Assembly (NCBI GenBank): GCA_951406725.2
Contig: OX597815.1
Coordinates: 120,032,001 to 120,096,000 of the forward strand
From: Octopus vulgaris
Lineage: Eukaryota
Length of the DNA stretch: 64,000 nt
Direction: 5' to 3'
Part shown: piece after piece, positions 49,945 to 64,000 of the stretch
Layout: each line of letters opens with the position of its first letter
Position numbering within the stretch: the first letter of the stretch is position 1
Notes under the pieces: generated by a model
Databases searched by the model: none
What the model saw: the letters and a program-made list of their open reading frames with translations, nothing else
What the model was told of the DNA's origin: nothing
Program-made: the position numbers and the translations under genes

Positions 49945-50972
49945 TATATTATTAATATTATATATATATATAAATGTAGGTTATGTGTATTTCTTATTAT
50001 TTTCTATAAATTCTTCTTATTTTTTCTTATTTTGATATCCTTACCTTTTAACCTTTTATCCCTTATAAATTGTTACTTTTCTTGTTTTTAAATAGATATT
50101 TTTCAGTTACTTAAGTCTATGCGAGATGGTTATACTTTTTCCATATAAACGTATAAATATTTGTGTATGTGTGCACATTTATAAATGTGTGTTTCTGATT
50201 CATGGCTTAAAATTAATATAGAGATTAGCATGTTTATCTTTCCAGTTATTCCATAAGTAAATGCCCTGAGCAGTCTTTATAGAAACCAATTAATAAGTAA
50301 TTAATTAAGTACATGAATGAATATTAAACTGATTCTATGTAATCATTCGTTTTTAATGTGTGTAATTGATATATACACACATTTTACCTATTTTTGTTAT
50401 GATATCATTTTTGAAAATCTTAAATTTTATATTTTTTTATATAACATAACAATATTGTTTATAAACAATCACCCACAGTGCCCCAAAATAAAATTTCCTC
50501 TGTATCAACATCTTAGTTTTTTAGTGTCTTGCCCCTTTAATTGGTAATTAACATCATCATTTAAAGTCTTCCCCTATACAGCCTCTTTTTATAGACAGTT
50601 ACTTTATATTCAATTGACTTCTCCTAATGTCTTCTTTCTTCCTTGAGGAAAAGGGATACATATGATAAAATTTATGACCATACCTAGCCATGAGCTGTCA
50701 ACTCATTCTTACCCTTTATTCAAAATAAACACAGTCTTCTAATCTTAGATTTAGTAGTTGATAAAGACATAAATGGATTAGAAATGAATTACAATCCTTT
50801 ACAACACTGTAACCTGACCCCAATAGGCTTCATGCAATTCTTGGAAGTGCAGTCTATTCTTAGCTACAATAGCGACAACATGAATTTCTTTCATCTTCTT
50901 GGTCTGTTAAAATATTTGAGAAAAATTATATTAATGTGTCCGGCTGGTTAAAATTCTATTTATTTATTTGTA

Positions 50973-51054
50973 CAGCTGAAGATGGCACCGCATTTAAATT
51001 GATGTTATGATTGCATTGTTCAATTAAATGGAGCCACTTGAAACAGTCGTACTG
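50973..51054 (+). ncRNA. Type I hammerhead ribozyme motif (related to family C)
   Basis: CAG-CTGAAGA-TGGC..CATTTAA.TTGA...TCAA.TTAAATG..GCCA-ctt-GAAA-CAGTCG-TA-CTG; shares the TGCATTGTT loop and downstream TATTTTGATT with 30111; (TA)n begins about 120 nt downstream. Confidence 0.7.
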
Positions 51055-51171
51055 CATCACTACTTGATATCCTGCTGCTTATTTTGATTTTATTCACCTT
51101 ACTTTGAGCTGTACGGATAATACCAGACTGACTCAGTGCTTCAACTTAAGTACCTAATTCAACTGAATCTC

Positions 51172-51214
<43 letters not shown>

Positions 51215-51479
51215 AAGGATATAAATATGGTAAATTGGTTTAAACTTTTAATTGCTGTTTAGGTGGGAAACTTGAAATTTTAAATATATATGAGGTAATA
51301 TCTAGCCTTCAGCTAAGTAAATATTTGTAAGGATTTGAAGGATTATGATTTGAGTTATTTGCTTACTACATGACCAATATTCAGATAATTGAGGAAGTAG
51401 TAATAACACACTATGTCATCAATATTTAGCTGGCCCTTTAAATTCTTGGTGATGGAACTGCTTGTCTGATATTGTTTGT

Positions 51480-51776
51480 CCCTTCTCAAGCCATGCCTGG
51501 CTCATAAGAGCCATTTTCCTTGTTTCCTTGGTGTATAGGTTCCCCATCTAGACAGGACACTGGTCCGTTGCAGGTGAGCTGCAAGATGCAGGAGGAAAGA
51601 GTGAGAGAAAGTTGTGGTGAAAGAGTCAGCAAAAGTTCGCCATTATCTTCTGCCAGAGCTGCATGGTGCTTAGGTGTTTTGCTCATAATCACACACATCA
51701 CCCGGTCTGAGATTCGAAACCGTGATCCCTCGACCGCGAGTCCACTGCTCTAACCACTAGGTCATATGCCTCCACT
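51480..51776 (-). mobile_element. tRNA-derived SINE family 3 (V-domain-like)
   Basis: Head GGAGGCATATGACCTAGTGGTTAGAGCA...GGTTTCGAATCTC; CCTGCAACGGACCAGTGTCCTGTCTAG resembles the V-SINE central domain. Confidence 0.65.
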
Positions 51777-52637
51777 CATAAAAATATTAGTTAAATTAAT
51801 TTCAATCGTGTTTGTTTTGTTTTGGAGAAATTTATATAAAGCCTTAACTGTCATTATAGTAGTATCTATGGAAGACTGGTGGGATTATTATTTGTATGGA
51901 CTTAAAGATTGGTTGCAATTTGGCATATAATTTAGTTATTGCAGTTTACTATTAATACCGATACAATGTACATTGGCTTATGTGCTTCTTTGTTGTAGCT
52001 TTATTACAGTGAGTGTATAATCTTGCCTATATATTGATTGATTGAAATAATGTGGCTATTAAGCTTTTACTTTTATATTATACTATGAAAGATGGCAGGG
52101 ATCATAATTTCTGTATGACTCAATAGATTTGTCACTATTTAGTTACATATTTAGGAGTGGTTGTAATTTACTTATTGAATTTATTTATTGATATGGTTGT
52201 ACATAGTGTAAATGTGTTTGAAAGTTGTGGTTTCTTTGGTTTGTTTGTTCCCAAACAACACTTATTTTAGTGCTGTTGACACTGCCAGATTGAATGGTAC
52301 TGCCAACGGTGCTAAAACAATGGAGTATTGACGCTGATGATTGCTGTAGGTATATTTTTTACCTTTAGCTTGAAATGAGATCTTATATGCAATTAACCAA
52401 AAGGTTAATTTATTATCTTTCTTTTGCTCGACTACAACCTGTGTTTTGGGAGTTTTAAAGGTGATTTTAGTGCTATTTGGTGTCTATTTTCAGTGCATAG
52501 TGAGGCATATTGCCAATCCCTTGTTATAATCATGTATATAATTTTTATATAATATTTGAAAAATTTACCTATAAAGTTTTATTTTCGTGGCTGACCTCCT
52601 GATGAAATCATGAATGATTTTACCCTTCGTTATATAC

Positions 52638-52675
<38 letters not shown>

Positions 52676-52909
52676 TACAAGCACATATAATCTGTACACC
52701 CAAAACATATTAACTGAATATTAAATATCAAGATTCTGTGCAGGGGTGTTTGAACTTGATATTCCTGCCATGTGTGCAGACAATTCAACCCAGCTAAGTG
52801 AAGATATCGACTTTTGGTAACTCAGACATGTACTTTTATAAAGGTACTTTCTATAGTATTTCCAAAGTGCAGATTCCAAGTTAGGTGGATAAAATATAAA
52901 TAAGTAACA

Positions 52910-53095
52910 TTTTGGGGGAGGGGGCCAGTTGATTAGATTGACTCCTGTATGCAACTGGTACTTAATTTATTGACCCTGACAGGATGAAAGACAAAGTCAA
53001 CCTTGGCGGAATTTGAACTCAGAATAAAAAGACAGATGAAATACCCCTAAGCATTTCACCTAGCATGCAAACATTTCTGCTAGCTTGCTGCCTTA
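52910..53095 (-). mobile_element. SINE family 2
   Basis: Same domain as 42175-42380. Confidence 0.8.
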
Positions 53096-53764
53096 GACAT
53101 CTGTGTATATTATCACTTCATTGTATGTAATTTAGTTTTTCTTGAAATAAATAAAGCCACTTGAAGTAAATAAAGCCAAATAGTTGTAGTATAGGTATTA
53201 ACGATATATCACACTATGTTTAATTGATATTGCTTCTTTCATTACTGAAAAATTAAAACAAAATAAAATAAAATTGTCCTTGTGCATAGATAAAACAAAA
53301 AAGTTCTTATTACTATTAGACAGAGCTATTGTCATCTGATGAAATAACCAGATTACAAATCAGTATTGATACCCTCATATTATAATTAATATTCAAACAC
53401 ACTTCTGTAAACTAAGCAACTGTTTCCACCAATGGACCTTGAAGAACTCTGATACAACTGACATTAGATAATATATAGAGTGGGGGTGAGGAGACATGAA
53501 GGCTGATGGTTTCAGGTGCTGGAATATTGGCACAAAGGTATATTACACTATTTGCTCTAGTCAAGCTTGCTGATAATAGATAAAACTTCTATTTCATGGT
53601 TGGACGCTTAATATTATGAAGGACATTGCTGAAATAATACATGCTTCAACAACTCATGCAAATATCGAAATTATCAGCTCTACTCCACCCCAAACTGGAA
53701 AATTGAGACAAAATTGAGTAATCAAAAATGGATATATTGTGCAGTATAATCAATATTCAATCAT

Positions 53765-54000
53765 TTTTCTTTTACTTGTTTCAGTCATGAGACTGTGGCC
53801 ATACTGGAGAACTGCCTTGAAGAGTTTAGTTGATCAAATTGACTGCAGAACTTTTTTTTTTAAGTCTGGTATTTATTCTAGGGGTCTCTTTTGCTGAACT
53901 TATTTTGCAAATAAGTTATAGGTGCATAAATAAACCAACCTTGGTTGTCAAGTGGTGGTGGACAAACACAAACACAGACACAAAGGCAGGCACACATGCA
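53765..54000 (-). mobile_element. SINE family 1, 3' half, decayed
   Basis: TTTTACTTGTTTCAGTCAT tail and body motifs. Confidence 0.7.
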
Positions 54001-54132
54001 TACATATATACATACATACATATGCACACACACACATGCATCTATGTTAAGTTGGATATAAAGATTGTCTTTTGGTTTTAATATTGCTTCTTTTGCTAAT
54101 AACCATCAGTTATTAATATTTTGTAAGTACTT

Positions 54133-54350
54133 AGGGTGGCGAGCTGGCAGAATCGTTAGCATGCTGGTGAAAATGCTTAGTGGTTTTTTGTCCATCTTTA
54201 TATTCTGAGTTTAAATTCTGCCAAGGTCGACTTTACCTTTCATCCATTCAGGGTTGATAAAATAAATACCAATTGAGCACTGGGGTTGATGTAATTGACC
54301 TACTCCCTCTCTTGAACTTGGTGACCTCATGCCAAAATTTGAAACCAATA
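54133..54350 (+). mobile_element. SINE family 2
   Basis: GGTGGCGAGCTGGCAGAATCGTTAGC head and central domain. Confidence 0.85.
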
Positions 54351-54492
54351 TTTTGAAAGTCCTCAAATGCTGCCATTTATTAACTTCATCTTTTCTCCTT
54401 CCAGCATCTATGAGATAATTGAGTTCCACCTCCCATCAAAATTGCTGGCCTTGTACTAAAATTAGAAAGAATATTTTGAAAGTTCTCTACTA

Positions 54493-54695
54493 TTAACCCT
54501 TTTGATACCATATTTATTTTGAGATGCTCTGTGTTTCTTTCAATTAATTTTAAATATAACAAAGAATTTAGTAAAATAACTTAGAGTTAGGAACAAAAAT
54601 TGTGACTAAGATTTTTATTCAAAACTTCTGAAAACAAAACATTTGTAGTACAGAGCCAGAGGTGGTTTCAGCAGGGTTGGTATCGAAAGGGTTAA
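54493..54695. mobile_element. piggyBac-type MITE
   Basis: TTAA-CCCTTTTGATACCA ... TGGTATCGAAAGGG-TTAA. Confidence 0.8.
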
Positions 54696-55599
54696 TAGCG
54701 TCCCAGACAGTTATTTAGACCAGTTAAAAAAATATATAACTGTCAATAGCAAGCAAGTATGATTGGGTAGCATGTATTCAGCTTTCACCAATTGTTTTAG
54801 GTGTGTCTGTATTTGTGAGCAGACCTAGACACACAGACATCAGCCCCTGTACTCTTTGATTCAGTGGAATATCAGAGATGTTTCAGCTGTATAAAACTCC
54901 TTTGGTACAAGGATGCTTTGCGGGTTTATGGCTTATTATTGGTTGGATTTCATAACCAACCAATGACTACACTCAGAAACTGGGATGTGCTGAATACTGT
55001 ATTATTCATCTTGAGAGAGCCTCTCATATGGACACACGGTGCATGAAAACACACGTATTTCTATCACTGGTAGACAAGAATCATTTGTTACTGATGCCAG
55101 ACTTGTCAGATCATGTGATTTTGATGTGCCCTGTCTCTTCAGTGGCAGACGTCCAGTAGCCACATCATTGCTATCCTCATCATCCATCATTTACCACTTT
55201 CCACTATGACATGGAAATCTCTGAGGTCATTTGACCTGCTTGAAATAGCAATAAATTACTCTCAAATCATACTTTGTAATCTTGAAAGAGGAAGGAGACA
55301 CTAGACAATGTAATTCAGATATACAACAAGATGAAAGGGTTAAATCTGGAATCCTTTTTATTGCATATCAGTTTGGTCAGGGTTACACAACAAGGAGTAG
55401 CAATTAATGGCATTTCTCTAATGCAGCATGCATCATAATACCTTTGTATTATATTCTTATTGTCCTTTAATGTTTAACAGCTGTTTCAGATTACTTGTGC
55501 TTAAGAAACTCATTTAAGTTAACAGTGCACACATTCAACAGATCTCATTCAACAGATCTCATTCAACTTATTACTCTCTTCTCACTGCAGACGCTTTGC

Positions 55600-55780
55600 A
55601 TTAACCACATACAGATGCATGCATGACTGTGGTCAAGACGCTTGGTTCCCAACTACATGACTCAGTTTCAGTCCCACTGTGTAGCACATCTGGCAAGTGT
55701 CTTCTACAATAACCCCAGGCTGACCAAAGCCTTGTGAGAGGATTTGGTAGACATAAACTGAAAGAAGCCTATCACATACA
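55600..55780 (+). mobile_element. SINE family 1, 5' half
   Basis: TTCAGTCCCACTG and CCAAAGCCTTGTGAG motifs. Confidence 0.7.
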
Positions 55781-56729
55781 TATGCGAGAGTGTGTGTGTA
55801 TGTGTGTGTGTGTGTGTGTATGTGTATGTGCATGTGCATGAACAAGTATGTATGTGAACACATGTGTGTGTATGTTTGTGTATATCCTTGTCTTGACATC
55901 ATATAATTGTTGTAAACAAGTACCATCACTGTACAAGTGATGTTGTTCATTTCCTGTCTTCCAATGATAAGATGTTTGGCTATAGGAAATATTACTCTTG
56001 ATTAGAAAAAAGGTGAGGGTTGGTGACAGGAAAGAGATCCAGCCGTAGAAAATCTACCTCGACCAATCTTGTCTGACCCATGCAAGCATGGAAAAGTGGA
56101 CATTGAAATGATGATGATGATGAGGAGGAGAAGGAGGAGGTGGAGCAGCAGCAGCGGGAGTAGGATGATGATGTTGAAGAGGAGGGGGAGCAGCAGCAGC
56201 AGCAGGTGCAGGATGATGATGATGAAGAGGAAGGGGCAGCAACAGCAACAACTGGAGGAGGAGGCAGAGGAGGAAGAGGTGGAGGAGCAGGATGTTGATG
56301 ATGATGATGAGGGAGAGGAGGTAGAGAAGAGGAGGAAGAGAAGGGAGGAGGAGGTTTCAATTTTTTCCTCATATTTTGCTTGCTGTATGGTGCTAAAGTT
56401 GTTTGTCACTAAGAGAGATAACACCTAAATAAGTTTTCAATTTGAAGTAACAGCTGCAACAGAATACATGATATAAATAGATGTAGATTTTTCAGGCTGA
56501 TGAATGATAATGGTTATGGATTAATTCTAACATCAAGGGTAAATATGACTGCCATTAAAAGAACCCTGTAACATGTATACTGGAAAGTTGTTGCTGTTGT
56601 CATTCCTGATTGAATGGAACTGTTATCAAAGATACACCAGTCTTGATCCTCTTGGCTTTTTCTATATCTAAGTCTGGGTTGTCCAAATATCCATTCTTTT
56701 TAAATATAGTAGTATGGTGCTGGCGTCAC

Positions 56730-57210
56730 ATAGTGCCACCTGTCTGGCTCCTGTGCCAGTGACACATAAAAAACACCATCCAAATGTGGTCAATACCATC
56801 CCCCTTTGCGCTGTCTGGCTCCTTTGCTGGTGGCATGTAAAAAGCACCCACTACACTCTTGGAGTGGTTGGCATTAGGATGAGCATCCAGCTGTAGAAAC
56901 ATTGCCAGATCAGATTGGAGCCTAATGCAGCCTCCTGGCTTGCCAGACCCCAGTCAAACTTTCCAACCCATGCCAGCATGGAAAGGGACAATAAACGATG
57001 ATGATGATGATGATGATGATGATGCTTGTGCTACATTGAAAGCATTGGTACTGGTGTCATATAAAAGGTACCCAATGCAGTCTGTAGAGTGACTGGAGTT
57101 AGGAAGAGCATCCAGCCATAGAAACCATGCCAGAACAGAAAATGGACCCTGGTGTAGCTCCTGGCCTCAACAGCTCCAGTCAAACCGTCCAGCATGGAAA
57201 GCAGATGTTG
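56730..57210 (+). mobile_element. Two adjacent RTE-tail repeats
   Basis: AAAAGCACCC units and GAGCATCCAGC occur twice; (GAT)n tail at 56997-57023. Confidence 0.75.
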
Positions 57211-57219
57211 AATGTGTAT

Positions 57220-57402
57220 CAGGACAATTACCCCCACCGAGGACAATTACACCCCCTCCTTTGGTTAATTAACCTCCCCCCCCGGTTAATTATCCCCTCT
57301 TCAATACATTAAAAAGTTTTAAATTGTTATCTGTTGTCTTCAGAGGTAATTGTCCTTGGGTAGGGGTTATTGTCCATGGGGGGGGGGGTAAATGTCCTAG
57401 AC
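57220..57402. mobile_element. Small element with multiple inverted GGACAATTACCCC motifs
   Basis: AGGACAATTAC x2 on the left; GGTAATTGTCC, GGTTATTGTCC and GGTAAATGTCC on the right. Confidence 0.55.
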
Positions 57403-57789
57403 TAGTTCAATGATGATGATGATGTGATTTGAGGAAGGTTTCGGTGTTGTTTCTAGAAGTTTCAGAACTAGATAGGAGCTCTCTCCCCCCCTCTCTCTCT
57501 CCCTCTCTGTCACTCTTTTTCTCTCCCTCTCACTCTCTCATTCTCTTTCTCTCACTATCTTTATCTATCTGTAGATATATGTGTGTGTACACACACATGC
57601 ACACACACACACACACACATACATACATACATACATACAAACATACATACACACATACATACATACATACATATTTAACTTTCTTTCTCTCTCTTACTCT
57701 CCCTTCTCTCATTGATTTGTTGTTAGCAAAGTTGTGCCTTCAGCTGGAATTTACAGGGAAAACTCACATTGGTGGAAAATGGTATCAGG

Positions 57790-58250
57790 CTGGCATGGCC
57801 GTGTGATTAAGAAAAATCGCTTTTCATCTGCATGGTTTTCGATTCAGACCCCCGTTTTGAATATATTCGTATGTTTCTGTGTTTGTACCCCCACCATTGC
57901 TTGACAACAGATGTTGGTGTGTTTACATCCCCGTAACTTAGTGGTTTGGCAAAAGAGACTGATAGAATAAGTACTAGGCTTACAAAGAACAAATAACAAA
58001 GACAGTGCTCCAGCATGGCTACAGTCAAATGATTGAAACAAGTAACAGAGTAAAAGAGTAAACCAGGCAAAATGTTTAGTGCCATTTTTACTTTCTTTAT
58101 GTTCTGAGTTCAAATTCCACTGATGTAAACTTTACTATTCATCTTCATAGGGTTGATAGAATAAGTACCAGCTGAGTACTGGGTTCGAAGTAATCAACTT
58201 ACCCACTCACCTAAAGTTGCCGACCTTGTGTCAAAATTTGAAACCAAAAA
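57790..58250 (+). mobile_element. Deleted SINE family 1 copy followed by a SINE family 2 copy
   Basis: Family 1 body and tail to 58060, then family 2 B box and central domain. Confidence 0.75.
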
Positions 58251-58849
58251 AAAAAACAGCAAAATAACAAACATCAATTCCATATTATGAATATCTTACA
58301 CTTAATGTATGTGTGTTGTTAAATGTTACAAAGCTGTAGTGTTTTGCTTCAGGGAAATCCCTTTAAAGATGTATAGTGTTAAAAAACTCAGCATCGATCT
58401 GCTTCTTACACAGAATTCGAGCATCCTCAATAGATAGAACAGTTGTACAAGGACAACTACACAAACCAAGATACAGTAAAATTTTACCCATTCATCTTTT
58501 TGCTGAATTGAAATAGTATAGAATTATTATACTATGAGTGTACTGAAGACAGATCCTTGCTCTGTTAAGAAGTATAACAAGAGCCATAATTCTTGAACTT
58601 CTGGATGTTTCTATCTAATGTCTTCATTATTTCTAATTATATTTGGTTCGTCTTTTCTTTTGCACTTTTTCTTGATTCTTTATTTGTCATAACTTCCTTC
58701 CCTTCCTTTCTCTCTCATTGCTTCACTCTCTACCCTCTCTCTCTATCTCTCACGCTTTCTCTCTCTGTTAACATATTTCTTTTTCATCTCTGTTCATACA
58801 AATCTTTGTCTATATTTTTGTTGCCCACATGTACCAACTTTATATTTTT

Positions 58850-59184
58850 TTCCACATATGTATGTATGTATGCATGCATGTATGTATTTATCTGTTTTTC
58901 TGTCTATCTATCGATATACATATATATGTTGATGATGATATACATACATACATTCATTCATACTTACATACATACATACATACGTACGTATGTATGTATG
59001 TATGTATGTATGTATGTATGTATGTATGTATGTATGTATGTATGTATGTGTATATATGTATGTATGTATGTATATGTATGTATGTATATGTATGTATATA
59101 TATATATATATATATGTAGGTATGTATGTGTGTATATATGTATGTATCTATTTATCTGTCTCTCTGTCTGTCTATCTATTTATC

Positions 59185-59218
<34 letters not shown>

Positions 59219-59287
59219 GTGTGTGTGTGTTTGTCTCTCTCTGTCTTTCTGCCTATCTCAGTCTTTCTCTCTTTCTCTCTCTTCCTC

Positions 59288-59330
<43 letters not shown>

Positions 59331-59823
59331 GTCCATAGTGTACTTCTCCCCAAGTTTCTCTATTCTCAATTCTCCTTTGTCTAAATTTCTTCCCCTCACC
59401 CTTTTTTTACCTTCTCTATGAAACTTTATCCATATTTTCGTTTTCTATACCTACCTCTTTTCCTTATTCCCACATTTTCTCGCCACAAAACTCCTTCTTC
59501 ATTCCTTCTCCATTCATTTCTTTCATTCAATGAATGACATCTCTCATTGTCCTCTTCCTATTTCAGCTTTCCTTTTTCTCTCCTCTTCATCATCCTTTTC
59601 TCTTCTTCTCAGCTTTGCTAATCAAATAACAACCTTACCAAGTACCTGTTTGAAGTGCATGAGGTGGTGGTGGTGGTGCTGGTGCTGGTGTGGGGGAGAA
59701 CTGAAGAAGAAAGAAGGAAGGAGAGACTGAGAAAGGAGACGCAATGATGATGATGATGATGATGATAGTGGTGGTGGTGGTGGTGGTGATGATGATGATG
59801 ACAATAATGACAGTAGTAGTAGC

Positions 59824-59854
<31 letters not shown>

Positions 59855-61273
59855 ACAACAAGGAGAAGAAGAAAACAAAAGAAGGAAATAATGAGAAAGA
59901 GAAAGAAGGAGGTTAAAGGTGGAGGGAGGAGGAGGAGGAGGTGAAGGAGAAGTAGAGGAAGAAGAACTAAATAAAACTGACAGGCTTGGTGAACGAGGAC
60001 AAATTTATTGATTATATTCTCTTGGTGAAGAAGGAGAAGGAAAAGGAAAAAAAAAAACCAAAACCCATCACATTAACATTGGAAGCAAAGCAGTTGCACA
60101 TCACGAATACGAACGTATACTTCATCTACAGCAGTGTTCAGCTGCAAATACACAGCACATACAAACACACACACATGCAAGCATGCACACACACACACAC
60201 ATGCGAACAAACACAGACACACACACAAACACACATACAAATACACTCATACACACACATACATGCACACATATACACATACATACACACATATGCATAC
60301 ACACACACACATACAAACACATGCGCACACGCACACATTCAAACACACACATGCAAGTGCACATGCACATACACACCCACACATATACACACAAACACAC
60401 ATACAAACACATACACACACAAACATACACACACAAACATATACACACAAACACATGCACACATACATACACATATACAAACATATGCACACTCACACAC
60501 ACAGACACACACATACACCTATACAAACTTATTATCACACACACATTCACATACACATATACATACATTCATGTAAACACACACACATACACATACATTT
60601 TCAGTCTTATATTCGTACATACACTACAGCAGTGTTCAGCAACAGATACACAGCACACACACACACCTATACCCACACATAAATACACACACAAATGTAT
60701 TCATGTAAACACACACACACACACACATTTTCAGTCTTATATTCATATATACACATATACATAGTTGTGTGAATAATCTCTTAGAATTTGTTTGTGATTC
60801 TGTTAGCTTGAATGTATGTGTGCAAGCGTGTATGTGTGTGTGTGCGCATGTGCATATGTGTCTTTGTGTATTTGTGAATGTATGTGCGTGTTTGTGTATG
60901 TGCGTGGTTATGCATGTGCATATGTGTGTGTGTATATGCTAACTCATATATATGTTTGTATATGCTCATATACACACACACGCACACACACATATTCACA
61001 CACAGATTCACATACACACACACACACATATTCACACACACATTCACATACACACACACATTTACGCACATGCACAGAGCACATGTAGACGTAGTGTTAG
61101 CTTATGCTGTGTGTTACATATACACATACAATGTATAGTGCCACCATAGTTAGATGAAGAATGTGCATAATTGTATATTTACATGTAAGTTGGGTATATA
61201 CACAATTATATACAACTGCACAGATGTTAAACGATGCTGCTGCTGCTGTTGATGCTGATGTTGATTACAATGA

Positions 61274-61335
<62 letters not shown>

Positions 61336-61496
61336 GTACATATGTATACATACATATATATATACATATATATATGTATATATATATGTATGTATATATA
61401 TATACATATATATATATATGTTTGTATGTATATATATATATGTATATATATATATATACATATACATACAAATATATACATATATATATGTACATA

Positions 61497-61538
<42 letters not shown>

Positions 61539-61710
61539 TACATATGTACATATATATAGATACATATATATATATATACATATGTACATATGTATATATA
61601 TATACATATATATATATATATGTATCTATATATATGTACATATGTATGTATGTATATACATATATACATATATATATACATATATATATATGTATATATA
61701 TATGTATGTA

Positions 61711-61752
<42 letters not shown>

Positions 61753-61771
61753 ATATATATATATATCATAC

Positions 61772-61857
<86 letters not shown>

Positions 61858-61896
61858 TTATATATATATACACACACATATATATATGCATGCATG

Positions 61897-61933
<37 letters not shown>

Positions 61934-61980
61934 ACACACACACATACATACATACATACATACATACATACATACATACA

Positions 61981-62016
<36 letters not shown>

Positions 62017-62640
62017 TATATAGTGATATATACTGAAGATTCTATGCATGCATACACTCATGCACATATGCAATTTCTGTGTCAGTTATTTATACACAGA
62101 AATACTTTGCAACAAGAGAGAGAAGGGAGAACAAGAACGAGAGAAAGAGAGAGAGAGAGCGAGTGTGTGTATGTGTGTATGTCAATGTGTATATTCGTCT
62201 CAACTCTACATTCTCAAATGCACGCACTTCCATTCACATATGTACCTTCCCAATCAGTTGCACACACTGTAACATACACATACACACACATGCACACACA
62301 TGTATGTATGTATGTATATAAATACATGATGTCATACACAAACAGAATCATCCTCATGTAGTCACACACATATAACAACCAGCATATCATTACATAGAAT
62401 TTCAAAGATGCATATGTAATACTACAATCATACACATCAGTGAGTGTATGTGTATGTGTGTGTGTGTGTGTGCTTGTGTGAGTGTATGTGTATGTACGTA
62501 TGAGTGTACAATATATACACACAGAGTCAAATTTACATTCACATACTTCATACAGCTATACTGTTATTTACACCGTTCTTTGACCCATGTACAATCTTTT
62601 ACACACACACACGCACACACACACACACACACACACTCAC
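58850..62640. repeat. Extended compound microsatellite / low-complexity field (TA, CA, TATG, TATC, GAT, GTA)
   Basis: Direct inspection; source of all the long YIYI/HTHT ORFs. Confidence 0.95.
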
Positions 62641-62647
62641 ACACACA

Positions 62648-62870
62648 CAAGCAATCACCAATCTACACATATACTCATACAAGCAAATGCTCACACACAC
62701 ACACAAGCAAACACCAATCTACACATATACACATACAAGCAAATGCTCACATACACACACAAGCAAACACCAATCTACATATATACACATACAAGCAAAT
62801 GCTCACATACACACACAAGCAAACACCAATCTACATATATACTCATACAAGCAAATGCTCACACACACAC
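62648..62870 (+). repeat. 56-bp minisatellite, 4 copies
   Basis: CAAGCAAACACCAATCTACA...CAAGCAAATGCTCACA units start at 62648, 62704, 62760 and 62816. Confidence 0.9.
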
Positions 62871-63407
62871 ATACACACACACACACACACATGCACGCTT
62901 ACACACATCCATACCATTTTCACACTGACTTCTCTATCTTCAAACTTGATAGCAGACAAACAGGATGTAACTACAAAAGTTAATTGACAATGATTGGATG
63001 AGATGAACTGATCAGATTGTTGGAGGTCTTTTGAGCAGAACAACAGTACAAATCCCTTGGCAGATCAGTTGCAGCAACTATTTCTAGAGAAACACCAATG
63101 AAATGTTAAGACAAGCAGTAGCTAGCTGTGTCTAAAACATTCATTGCTTAATACATTGTCAACCAAACTATTCTGAATTAAACTAGCACACTGAGAAAGC
63201 TGCTGAAGATATTTATGGCTTTTCTGTTGAAAATGGTTAGTAGTATTCTTAACCATAATAGCATAGCCGATAATATTGGTCAGTTGCTTTGTGCAGCTGT
63301 TGTTGCAGTGAAACTAATTGCATATTCTTTGTACTGAAATGGAGTGGTGTTCTGGACATTACAATAACTCGTAAGCTAGACCTTGTTTTATAAAATATAC
63401 CTACATA

Positions 63408-63720
63408 GGTGCAGGAGTGGCTGTGTGGTAAGTAGGTTGCTTACCAACCACATGGTTCAGGGTTCAGTCCCACTGCATGGCACCTTGGGCAAGTGTCTTC
63501 TACTATAGCATCGGGCCGACCAAAGCCTTGTGAGTGGATTTGGTAGATGGAAACTGAAAGAAGCCCGTCGCATATATGTATATGTATGTTTGTGTATATG
63601 ATTATGTGTCTGTTTGTCCCCCCAACATCATTTGACAACCGATGCTGGTGTGTTTACATACCCGTAACTTAGCAGTTTGGCAAAAGAGACCAATAGAATA
63701 AGTACTAGGCTTCCAAAGAA
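63408..63720 (+). mobile_element. SINE family 1, 3'-truncated, joined to an RTE-tail fragment (63722-63792)
   Basis: GGTGCAGGAGTGGCTGTGTGG head and body. Confidence 0.88.
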
Positions 63721-64000
63721 CAAGCATGACCATTGCCAGGGCCTCTGACTGGCTTCTGTGCTGGTGGCATGTAAAAAGCACCATTCGAGCATGTATATGA
63801 TTTTTAAGCATGTTTTTCTGCTCCTCTAAACTTTTTCTTTTATTTACAATTGGTAGACAAAATAATTGTTGAAACCAGTTTGGTATTTTGATAAATTTGC
63901 TACAAAATTTTAAAATTGCAATTTTTTTAACACTAAGGCGTATTTTTAACCCCACCTAAACCAGCTCCCCGATATTCTTTCTTGCACAGGAATGCAATTC

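Noticed and set aside
52595-52625. CTGATGA followed by an AAATCA/TGATTT hairpin
   Set aside because: No GAAA or NUH segment follows.
54780-55200. Unique region with a 62-aa minus-strand ORF
   Set aside because: No homology recognised and no consistent splice or frame evidence.
55992-56428. Pro/Ser/Glu-rich ORFs
   Set aside because: Compound trinucleotide repeats (GAT/GAG/CAG) expanded from an RTE tail.
58540-58580. CTGAAGA-CAGA..TCTG hairpin
   Set aside because: Lacks GAAA adjacent to stem II and has no stem III.
58593-62987. Long ORFs (up to 375 aa) of [12 protein letters not shown] composition
   Set aside because: Stop-free translations of dinucleotide and tetranucleotide microsatellites; not genes.

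Overview
AT-rich, microsatellite-dense eukaryotic DNA, most likely from an octopus (cephalopod). That call rests on octopus-type tRNA SINE families, RTE LINEs and a divergent 18S with a large GC-rich V2 expansion. No intact host gene can be identified, and almost all ORFs in the track are artefacts of simple repeats or decayed transposons. The window is a nested repeat landscape: three RTE-clade LINE remnants (RT with an inserted PHD-type finger), about 30 SINE copies of three families, a full-length but decayed mariner, Tc1/maT/mariner fragments, hAT-, pogo- and piggyBac-type MITEs, and dispersed 28S and 18S rDNA fragments. The main hidden structure is a dense set of hammerhead-ribozyme (HHR) motifs: about 14 complete or partial type-I motifs in at least 7 sequence families. 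They sit in short non-coding, often palindromic or tandemly repeated elements ending at (TA)n tracts, and two lie downstream of recognisable Penelope-like element (PLE) RT or GIY-YIG remnants. Two copies of a further family (4531-4592 minus, 49670-49730 plus) contain all hammerhead core segments in reversed cyclic order, i.e. a candidate non-circularly permuted hammerhead. An 18S rRNA-SINE chimeric retrocopy is also present. All alignments and foldings were done by eye; no searches were run.
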